IMG/VR virus record: IMGVR_UViG_3300045988_163643
Location: 32,001-96,000 of that record
Origin: a virus
Direction: 5' to 3' (one strand)
Length of the DNA: 64,000 bases
Within the stretch, counting starts at the first letter, position 1. The number at the start of each line of letters is the position of its first letter. The translations under genes and the position numbers were made by a program. Of this stretch, positions 9,349 to 16,680 are shown one piece after another. A model generated the notes under the pieces. It did no database searches, was not told where the DNA came from, and saw only the letters and a list, made by a program, of their open reading frames with translations.

Positions 9349-10404
9349 CTATTTATTATAATTTTTATATTCTTTAATTAGTTTCTTTGTATAATTGAAT
9401 AAACTATTCGAATCTTTTCTTTGTATTTCAACATCATACCACTCCATAGGTGTTCTTGAATAAAAATCTCCAAACCCTCCTGGTGCAACATGACCATTAT
9501 GTACTCCCATACCTATTTCAGTACCATAATATATACATATATCATTATTTTTAAAAGAGAACATTATTTCCAAAGCCTGTTTTATTTTATTAATATCATG
9601 ATTAAAACTTACAGATATTCTCGTTTGGTCGTGATTATCGAGAAAAATAACAGACCTTTCTTCATTATTGTCAATAACTAAATGTTGTTTATTTATAACA
9701 GTATTTTTAACCCACCCCGATTCCTGGAAGTTAAATGTCTTCATACCTGTTTCTCTTGCATACATATCACTTACTTCAAAACTATCCCATGCTTCCCCTA
9801 CAAGATAAGCATTAGGTTTTATTGAATAAACCATATCACAGAACCATTTCCAAAATTCAATTTTATCGCCACTTGCAAAAATAATAGCATCAAGTCTAAA
9901 TCCATCTACTTTATGTTCTAATAACCAAAATCTAATTACACTCTCAATCATTTCTCTAACTTTTTCAGATTGATTATTAAGCTGGGGCATCTGTTCTGAC
10001 CACGGAGCTAAATACCATTTTTTATTACTGTAACAGTATTTCCATTGGTTATCTATTTGATAATCATTCCAAAAGTAGCAGTCATTTTTTCCTTCTATAC
10101 TCTCTTGAAATAATTTATGATGATATCCAGTATGACATAAAACTAAATCTAATAATACTTCTAAACCATTTTCATGTGCCTTTTTAATAAAATTATCAAA
10201 ATCTTCTAAAGTCCCATATTGTTCTCTAATTTTAAAATATGAATCTACAGAATACCCATGTTCATTATCAGATGGATGAATAGGAGTTAACCATAAAGTT
10301 GTAATTCCCAATTCTACAAAATAAGGTATTTTTTCAGTTAAATCTTTAAAATCTCTACAGAATGATGGGAAAAATATTTCGTATATTATTCTTTTTTTAT
10401 TCAT
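9349..10404 (-). CDS. GH13 alpha-amylase-family catalytic domain protein
   Basis: 351-aa ORF carrying all four GH13 regions: DLVLCHTG (I), DGFRLDAI (II), LVGEAW (III), FLDNHDQTR (IV). No signal peptide and no C-terminal beta domain. Confidence 0.8.
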   Translation of the reverse strand: MNKKRIIYEIFFPSFCRDFKDLTEKIPYFVELGITTLWLTPIHPSDNEHGYSVDSYFKIREQYGTLEDFDNFIKKAHENGLEVLLDLVLCHTGYHHKLFQESIEGKNDCYFWNDYQIDNQWKYCYSNKKWYLAPWSEQMPQLNNQSEKVREMIESVIRFWLLEHKVDGFRLDAIIFASGDKIEFWKWFCDMVYSIKPNAYLVGEAWDSFEVSDMYARETGMKTFNFQESGWVKNTVINKQHLVIDNNEERSVIFLDNHDQTRISVSFNHDINKIKQALEIMFSFKNNDICIYYGTEIGMGVHNGHVAPGGFGDFYSRTPMEWYDVEIQRKDSNSLFNYTKKLIKEYKNYNK

Positions 10405-10436
10405 ACAATCATCTCCATTTATCTTTATTTACTTAT

Positions 10437-10465
10437 ATTATACTATTGCTCTTATTAAAAGTCAA
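10437..10465 (-). promoter_or_regulatory. class I cassette promoter
   Basis: TTGACT-17-TATAAT. Confidence 0.65.
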
Positions 10466-10481
10466 TGATTATTTTAAAAAA

Positions 10482-10506
10482 ATAGAAAGAATAATTTTCT
10501 TTCTAT
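10482..10506 (-). terminator. intrinsic terminator
   Basis: ATAGAAAGAA/TTCTTTCTAT stem plus a U-run. Confidence 0.7.
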
Positions 10507-10518
10507 TTTTACTAAATA

Positions 10519-10776
10519 TTATTTAGTCACCTTCTTATACTCTTCTTTTGTTATTCTAACAAAATTACCACATCTAATACATTTTGCAAAATAATGAGTT
10601 GGCACAAATAACATTAATATAGCTAATATAAAACATATTAAAGCACCTATCCACCCTATTATTGGAATACACATCATAAACACACCTGCTAATATGAATA
10701 TCGGAGTATAACTTCCTTTACCCATTTTACAATACTCCATATCACCATTACATTTTTTACATTTACGTCTTGTCAT
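10519..10776 (-). CDS. membrane protein flanked by zinc knuckles
   Basis: 85-aa ORF. CKKCNG and CIRCGNF flank two TM helices. Confidence 0.6.
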   Translation of the reverse strand: MTRRKCKKCNGDMEYCKMGKGSYTPIFILAGVFMMCIPIIGWIGALICFILAILMLFVPTHYFAKCIRCGNFVRITKEEYKKVTK

Positions 10777-10812
10777 TTATATCACTCCCTTTTTATTATC
10801 TTATTTACTTAT

Positions 10813-10841
10813 ATTATACTATTTTTATTATTAAAAGTCAA
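10813..10841 (-). promoter_or_regulatory. class I cassette promoter
   Basis: TTGACT-17-TATAAT. Confidence 0.65.
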
Positions 10842-10857
10842 TAATTACTTAAAAAAA

Positions 10858-10881
10858 ATAGGAAGAAAATTATCTTCCTAT
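10858..10881 (-). terminator. intrinsic terminator
   Basis: ATAGGAAGA/TCTTCCTAT stem plus a U-run. Confidence 0.7.
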
Positions 10882-10895
10882 TTTTATTTATTATC

Positions 10896-11294
10896 TTATT
10901 TATTATTTGTAATTTTAACTGGTTTAATCATTTCAGGCAAGAAGTTGACTTCATATTGATATTGACTTACGTTAGCACCACTTACATCTTCTACTGTATA
11001 AATTGTATATTCATTTAAATAAATATAATGTTTCTTATATTCATTTTTACCAGTTTGACAAGTTACTTCCAATTCATTTTCTGAATTATTATCTATTGAA
11101 AATACTCCAACCAATTCAAACACTGGTTTATCTGTTCTAGCATTAATTACAACAAGCCTTCTTAAAACATTAAAATTATCTGCTTCTTTACTTATGTTAT
11201 AACTAACTCTCTTTGATTCTCTACATCCATTTAATCCTACCATAGTCATACATAACATACCACATAATAATAAACATTTAATTTTTTTATTCAT
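10896..11294 (-). CDS. putative lipoprotein
   Basis: 132-aa ORF with a signal peptide ending in the lipobox-like LNGC. Confidence 0.6.
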   Translation of the reverse strand: MNKKIKCLLLCGMLCMTMVGLNGCRESKRVSYNISKEADNFNVLRRLVVINARTDKPVFELVGVFSIDNNSENELEVTCQTGKNEYKKHYIYLNEYTIYTVEDVSGANVSQYQYEVNFLPEMIKPVKITNNK

Positions 11295-11311
11295 TACATA
11301 CTCTCCTTCTA

Positions 11312-11404
11312 TTATTTAAATATTTCAGCTACACTAACTGCAAACATAAATAGACATCCAACACATAAAACACTTACTACTACTGCACCTAACATTTGTA
11401 ACAT
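11312..11404 (-). CDS. small hydrophobic peptide (30 aa)
   Basis: MLQMLGAVVVSVLCVGCLFMFAVSVAEIFK with GGAG SD 8 nt upstream. Paralog at 18408-18500. Confidence 0.35.
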   Translation of the reverse strand: MLQMLGAVVVSVLCVGCLFMFAVSVAEIFK

Positions 11405-11456
11405 ATTATCATCTCCTTTTTAATCTTCATTTTATCTTATTTACTTATATTAAAAA

Positions 11457-11609
11457 TCAATAATTATTTTTTTTATTATTTTCTTTTATTTTTTCTACAT
11501 CTTTCTTAATTTCTACACAACGACTAATCGAATTACAAAACATCGAAATAAATCCAACACAAATCCAAAGTACAATTGATAATCCTATGCACCATCCGAA
11601 AAATTCCAT
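11457..11609 (-). CDS. small membrane protein (50 aa)
   Basis: MEFFGWCIGLSIVLWICVGFISMFCNSISRCVEIKKDVEKIKENNKKNNY with GGAG SD 8 nt upstream. Confidence 0.4.
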   Translation of the reverse strand: MEFFGWCIGLSIVLWICVGFISMFCNSISRCVEIKKDVEKIKENNKKNNY

Positions 11610-11624
11610 ATTATCATCTCCTTA

Positions 11625-11792
11625 TTAATCTTCATTATCATAAATGAATACTTGAATAAAACAATTGCAATTTTTACATTCAAAAGAATATACCATTCCG
11701 TCATATCCTCTTATACCTTCATCATATAATGTTTTCTCATCTACTAATACCAACTCTCCATCACAATTTATACATCTTTTGTTATTATCCAT
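11625..11792 (-). CDS. mini zinc-ribbon protein (55 aa)
   Basis: MDNNKRCINCDGE...FECKNCNCF with GGAGGA SD. Packed tightly between its neighbours. Confidence 0.5.
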   Translation of the reverse strand: MDNNKRCINCDGELVLVDEKTLYDEGIRGYDGMVYSFECKNCNCFIQVFIYDNED

Positions 11793-11803
11793 GTTATATC
11801 CTC

Positions 11804-12244
11804 CTATTTTGAAACTTTATAACCTTTATCTACAACTCTTTCCAATTTTCTACCACATATCGGACAATAGTTTATTTCTACATCTGTCAATCCATCTAAG
11901 TTACTATCAATCTTAAGTCTATTACCGTTTACTATATCTATTGTTCCATTCTTTGTCAACATAAATTTTTTAGTTTCACAAAGAAAACAAGATTCTATTG
12001 GATTTTCCGTTTTATCAATATCTCCATTAGCAATCTTTCCTTCAAACATTTCTCCTGCCCAAGAAAAATCTACATCTTTTAATTTAAAAAAAATATCAGT
12101 TTTATCAATTTTATCAATTTTATCAATAACTTGTATAGTACCCGAATATTTATTCATAAATTTATTAAAACAACAACCACTATAAAAACTATCTATTTCC
12201 AAATCATCTCTTATTTTAACAACATCACCAACACGATAAATCAT
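11804..12244 (-). CDS. SH3-like module plus C-terminal zinc ribbon
   Basis: 146-aa ORF with YRVGDVVKIRDDL..YSG and CFLC..CPICG. Confidence 0.65.
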   Translation of the reverse strand: MIYRVGDVVKIRDDLEIDSFYSGCCFNKFMNKYSGTIQVIDKIDKIDKTDIFFKLKDVDFSWAGEMFEGKIANGDIDKTENPIESCFLCETKKFMLTKNGTIDIVNGNRLKIDSNLDGLTDVEINYCPICGRKLERVVDKGYKVSK

Positions 12245-12248
12245 TGTA

Positions 12249-12449
12249 TCACTCCTTTATTATAACATAATTCATATGAATTTTTTTGATTTTATTATCT
12301 TTTATATAATAAATATAATCCTTTTCAAATTTCAAACCTTCATATATCTCAGTATTACATTCAGAACAATGAGGTTGTGCATTAAAACTTATAGCAGTTT
12401 CTATACATGACCTACATTCACTCAAGCTAGGTCTTATTTTAAATCTCAT
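12249..12449 (-). CDS. mini zinc-ribbon protein
   Basis: 66-aa ORF with CRSC..CSEC and GGAGGGA SD. Confidence 0.6.
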   Translation of the reverse strand: MRFKIRPSLSECRSCIETAISFNAQPHCSECNTEIYEGLKFEKDYIYYIKDNKIKKIHMNYVIIKE

Positions 12450-12452
12450 ATT

Positions 12453-12680
12453 TTAATCCCTCCATTTAGTCCATTGAAATTCTATTACTGCTTTAGAATT
12501 TTCATCTTTCTTAAATTCATATTCTAAAAATACTCTTTTACATTCTGAACAATAAATTTTATCAAGATACATTCCTTTATCGTCCCATCTATAATCTATA
12601 TCGTGTTCAGCTACAACTACACCACCACATTTATTACAAGGAAAACTAAATTCTTTTTGATATGTTGAATCCTCAAACAT
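12453..12680 (-). CDS. mini zinc-ribbon protein
   Basis: 75-aa ORF with CNKCGG..CSECKR and GGAGGA SD. Confidence 0.6.
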   Translation of the reverse strand: MFEDSTYQKEFSFPCNKCGGVVVAEHDIDYRWDDKGMYLDKIYCSECKRVFLEYEFKKDENSKAVIEFQWTKWRD

Positions 12681-12697
12681 AATATATCATCCTCCAA

Positions 12698-12865
12698 TTA
12701 CTTCTGTTGCTTATTATTTTCATAGTATCTATAATACTTACATGAATATGCTCTATGAACATCGTAATTAATATTATGACCATCAACGTAACACAAATTT
12801 TTTACACTGTAAAAACAATCTTTACAATTTTTAGTATGTGTTAAGGTTATTAATCTTATTAACAA
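12698..12865 (-). pseudogene. possible 5'-truncated mini zinc-ribbon gene abutting the tnpB 3' flank
   Basis: Open frame ending TAA 12698 just before the SD of 12453..12680. Encodes ..NCKDCFYSVKNLCYVDGHNINYDVHRAYSCKYYRYYENNKQQK. No ATG/GTG or SD at its 5' end. Confidence 0.3.
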
Positions 12866-12910
12866 ACATTAATATTTCAATAAAATTAATTTATCAATCA
12901 ATTTATCTAA

Positions 12911-14128
12911 CTACAATAAATCTACCTTGAATGGATGTAACCCTACACCCTCTATTCCATCAGCAAATGCTTTAGGAAATACTTTTTTAATAATCTGATA
13001 AGAACCATTTACATCAGCATTTATTTTTATACCTTTATTACTTACAAATAATCCCCTATGTCTTCTTCTATTCTTATTATAATTCTCCTTAATAGGCAAT
13101 TCATTATCTAAAAATGAAGTCCCACTTGTATAACTTTCTTCAGTAATAATAACTTGTATTCCAAATTCTTCTGCTTTATATTGTACCTTCTGAATAAAAC
13201 TATAATAAGGTATACTAATAAAATTTTGATTAACTTTTTTACTCATTTTACTATTTTGTTTCCAATTCTTATTATTACCTATGATAATAGTATTAATTTC
13301 ATTATTTCTACAATAATCAACTACAAATCTACTAGCTTTATGAATATAATCTTCAACTTTATTATTTCTCTTAAATGTTAATTCTCTCATTCTATTAGTA
13401 TAATCTAACTTATTCATTTTCTTTGCTATTGATTTATAATAAGCTATTTGCTTATTATAATATTGATTTATTGATTTTAGACCCTTACCATTTATTACTA
13501 ATGGGATTAATTCACAATTATTAGTTATAGTTACAAAGTTATCTAAACCTAAATCAATACCTATATATCTATCATTATCAATCAATTCTTTAACATCATC
13601 AATTTTATAAACTACTTCAGCAACAATATATTTGTCTTTAGGTATAAATCTCACTTGTTGTAAATTATTTACTTTAGATTTCAAATAAAAACCTTTGAAT
13701 GATTTAGGAAATTTAATTATACCTTTATTAATTTTACAATTTACATAAGTTAATATTAGAATATTTCTATCATTTTTAGATTTATACTTAGGTAATTTAG
13801 GTCTACCTAAGTATTTATTTGGGTTTTTATTATAATCTTTTATACTAGCGAAAAATGATTTCCAATTTTTATCTAATAATCTTAAACACTGTTGGCTTGT
13901 TGCAGAGGATGGCATATTTCTATAATCAAAATCTTTACCTTCTTGTTTTAATATTTTGTCTAATTCATTATATCTTAACCATTTATTGTTATTTATAAAT
14001 TCTTGTCTAATGATATAATTCGCATAATTATATAGATTTTTAGATTTATAACAAAATTCATCTAGTAGACTATAATATTTATTATTTTGTTTAATAATAT
14101 GTTTTTCAACTCTATTGATTTTTATCAC
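12911..14128 (-). CDS. tnpB: TnpB (IS200/IS605-family OrfB RNA-guided nuclease), zinc-finger-less, no tnpA
   Basis: 405-aa ORF with RuvC-I IGIDLGLDNF, RuvC-II ITEESYTSG and RuvC-III NADVNGSYQI. There is no CxxC..CxxC between II and III. The GTG start abuts the SD, so the exact start is uncertain. Confidence 0.8.
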   Translation of the reverse strand: MIKINRVEKHIIKQNNKYYSLLDEFCYKSKNLYNYANYIIRQEFINNNKWLRYNELDKILKQEGKDFDYRNMPSSATSQQCLRLLDKNWKSFFASIKDYNKNPNKYLGRPKLPKYKSKNDRNILILTYVNCKINKGIIKFPKSFKGFYLKSKVNNLQQVRFIPKDKYIVAEVVYKIDDVKELIDNDRYIGIDLGLDNFVTITNNCELIPLVINGKGLKSINQYYNKQIAYYKSIAKKMNKLDYTNRMRELTFKRNNKVEDYIHKASRFVVDYCRNNEINTIIIGNNKNWKQNSKMSKKVNQNFISIPYYSFIQKVQYKAEEFGIQVIITEESYTSGTSFLDNELPIKENYNKNRRRHRGLFVSNKGIKINADVNGSYQIIKKVFPKAFADGIEGVGLHPFKVDLL

Positions 14129-14140
14129 CTCCTTTATTAT

Positions 14141-14169
14141 ATGATACTAAAATAAGTAATAAAAGTCAA
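14141..14169 (-). promoter_or_regulatory. class I-like promoter in front of tnpB
   Basis: TTGACT-17-TATCAT, then AAAGGAGG. Confidence 0.5.
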
Positions 14170-14314
14170 TAGTATTTAATAAAAATTTTAATATATTTTA
14201 CATATAATTAACATTTATTTGTATTATAATTACTTTATTTTTATTTTTAGGAGTAAACTACCAACAAACTTTAGCTTGTTAGATTCCTAGGTTTAAAGGG
14301 TCATTTCAGCTCTA

Positions 14315-14782
14315 CTAATTAATAATAGTTCCTTCTTTAGCATCAATAGTCATAAAAGGTCTACCTTGATTCATGTCATAACATCTTAGTTTTACTTCAG
14401 TTGTCACATCATATAATTTCTTTATATCACTCACTAACGACTCCATGTCTTTTGTAAATCCAGTATCAACTAAAATTCTTTGTCTTTGAGTTTTGCTTAT
14501 ATCATATAAATCCAACTCTTTATCTACAATTGATATTATCACACAATCTTTTTCATAATGTGAATTTACATCAACAATGTATTTTGTCTTTGGAAACTTA
14601 TCATTTAATATAGATTTCACTATTGAATTTGAAATATCATTAAATGTTTTTGTCTTTTGTTGTTCTACCCTTTGTTCTTCAATTTGTGTCTTTTGTTCTA
14701 AGTTAACTTTGTGTTGACATATCGCATATCCACAACCCATTGATACTATTAAACAAGTAGGTATAACAACTTTTTTATTCAT
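14315..14782 (-). CDS. secreted or lipoprotein-like hypothetical protein
   Basis: 155-aa ORF with N-terminal VVIPTCLIVSMGCGYAIC. The AUG has no adjacent SD. Confidence 0.6.
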   Translation of the reverse strand: MNKKVVIPTCLIVSMGCGYAICQHKVNLEQKTQIEEQRVEQQKTKTFNDISNSIVKSILNDKFPKTKYIVDVNSHYEKDCVIISIVDKELDLYDISKTQRQRILVDTGFTKDMESLVSDIKKLYDVTTEVKLRCYDMNQGRPFMTIDAKEGTIIN

Positions 14783-14791
14783 AAAATTATT

Positions 14792-14869
14792 GCAAGGAAA
14801 TACATTATTTTTAGATGATGAAAGGAATTATAATTTTAAGCAATATTCCCGTTTCCTTGCTTCTCCTTT
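14792..14869 (-). promoter_or_regulatory. 5'-UTR hairpin separating an SD-like GAAAGGAGAA from the AUG of 14315..14782
   Basis: Perfect 9-bp stem GCAAGGAAA (14792-14800) / TTTCCTTGC (14852-14860). The SD-like element lies at 14861-14869 and the AUG at 14782. Confidence 0.5.
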
Positions 14870-14898
14870 CTAAATTATTAATTTGTTTATTTACTTAT

Positions 14899-14927
14899 AT
14901 TATACTATTCCTATTATCAAAAGTCAA
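14899..14927 (-). promoter_or_regulatory. class I cassette promoter
   Basis: TTGACT-17-TATAAT. Confidence 0.65.
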
Positions 14928-14939
14928 CATTTTTTATTT

Positions 14940-16589
14940 TTAAAATTTATTAGCTTTCCATTCTTCCCTCAATTCTTTTAATAAGTCTTTAAATTCGTCT
15001 TCTTCATGATAATTATTAAAATCCATATCAAAATCTATTTCATTTTGTTCGTTTTGAACAACTTTTCTACCTAATATTTCGTTTTCAACTTCTCGCATAA
15101 TTTCTAATTTGTCTTTCTTAAATTTATTTGTTTTAATTTTATCTAAATTTTTATAATCATGATTTTGTATAAGAAAAACTATTTCACTTATATCGTCCAA
15201 TTTATATCCTAATCTTAATAACACTTCCATACTTAAATAAGCAGATATTTTACTATTACCTCTTAAATCATTGAAACATAATGGTTTTCCACAATCATGC
15301 AATGCAATTGCCATTAATGTATTTTTATTTTTAGTTAATTTAGCACCTTCTTTTAATGATTTATACAAATGATTATTTAAATAATAATTTCCATCTTTAT
15401 CTATATGTTCATCACTCATATGAAAACCTATATTATTTTTTAATCCTACTTTTTTTAATAATCTATTAAATTCTATAAAATCAATGTTAGTAAACTTATT
15501 ATCAATATTGTATGTAATTTCATTATTGGAATTATCTACATATCTTATCTCATCAAATCCTTCATTTATATCAGGCAAATTAAAAAATCTTAATTTTTTA
15601 TAAATATACTCATAATCTTTATTATAATTCACTATACAATCATCAAAATTTTTATATATAAACACACCAATTATTTTAGATGCTAAACAACCTAATTTAT
15701 CGATTAATGATTTTCTATTGTGCTTATTCATATTACACATATCAATTATCACGTTTTTACATTGCATTAAAAGTTCACTAGCTTCAGAAATCATAGTTTG
15801 AAATAAATTTTCTTCTTTAACTCCTTGTTTTCTTAATTTATTAGCAGATATAATAAATATAGAGTCAAATTCAACTTCTAATTGTTTACAATATAATGTT
15901 TTACCCGAATTAGGAAGTCCTGTTAATATAAATAATTGTCTTTTATTAGCATAAACATTAGATAACTTTTTTAACGCCTTTTGCTCTAATCTAGTAACGT
16001 GACTTCTATCTACACCTAATAAAGTAGCTACTTCTTGTTGAGTAGGAAAATTTTCTCCATATCTTAAATTTATAACTTTTTGTTCAGCGTTAGTTAATAC
16101 TTCTTTCATACTTTCACGTATTTCTTTATTTAGAAGATTATTTTCAGCAGATTCTTGAACATTTATTTTTTCATCAAAAAGACAATCTTCTATAACAACC
16201 GAGTCATCATCTTTTTTGGTTTCTATTGTGGTATTCATACTACACTCTTTATATTTAGCTCTTTTCACATAATTAGCAGTACGCAAAACCATTCTTAGTT
16301 CATTAGAAACACACGTTGCTAAATATGTACTCCAATTTGTATCTCCCAATATATCATATGTGTCTACAGCTTTTAACAACCCTATCATTCCAGTTTGTAT
16401 AAAATCTTCCCTATCTTGTTCATTCAATACAAATTTATTAACTATCTTAGATACTAATTTTGTATTATGTAAAATTATGTTATCCCTAATTTCTTTTGAC
16501 CCAGTTTCATTATATTCTTTTAACAAATCCATCATTTCATCTTTAGTTAAATTTTTATATTCAAACAAGTCTTTATTCAATTTAATCAT
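14940..16589 (-). CDS. sigma-70-family factor fused to a P-loop (polynucleotide-kinase-like) domain and an HD phosphohydrolase domain
   Basis: Track ORF is 14940..16691. I moved the start to ATG 16589 (AAAGGGGA SD). Sigma regions 2-4: DFIQTGMIGLLKAVDTYD and QQEVATLLGVDRSHVTRLEQKALKKL. Then LFILTGLPNSGKT and VIIDMCN. Then FHMSDEH, ALHDCGKP, QNHD. Confidence 0.8.
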   Translation of the reverse strand: MIKLNKDLFEYKNLTKDEMMDLLKEYNETGSKEIRDNIILHNTKLVSKIVNKFVLNEQDREDFIQTGMIGLLKAVDTYDILGDTNWSTYLATCVSNELRMVLRTANYVKRAKYKECSMNTTIETKKDDDSVVIEDCLFDEKINVQESAENNLLNKEIRESMKEVLTNAEQKVINLRYGENFPTQQEVATLLGVDRSHVTRLEQKALKKLSNVYANKRQLFILTGLPNSGKTLYCKQLEVEFDSIFIISANKLRKQGVKEENLFQTMISEASELLMQCKNVIIDMCNMNKHNRKSLIDKLGCLASKIIGVFIYKNFDDCIVNYNKDYEYIYKKLRFFNLPDINEGFDEIRYVDNSNNEITYNIDNKFTNIDFIEFNRLLKKVGLKNNIGFHMSDEHIDKDGNYYLNNHLYKSLKEGAKLTKNKNTLMAIALHDCGKPLCFNDLRGNSKISAYLSMEVLLRLGYKLDDISEIVFLIQNHDYKNLDKIKTNKFKKDKLEIMREVENEILGRKVVQNEQNEIDFDMDFNNYHEEDEFKDLLKELREEWKANKF

Positions 16590-16680
16590 CCCCTTTACAC
16601 TTATAACATATTTTTTTAATAAATAATTTAAGCATATTATAAATAGAATAGCAATTTTACTATTATTACTTCTATTACAA

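Larger units (their letters stand above)
12866..14300 (-). mobile_element. IS605-type tnpB-only element or domesticated cassette (boundaries approximate)
   Basis: tnpB plus a ~180-bp upstream and ~50-200-bp downstream non-coding flank. Imperfect hairpin CTAACAAGC-taaa-GTTTGTTGG at ~14262-14283 is a possible left end. Ends were not determined. Confidence 0.3.
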
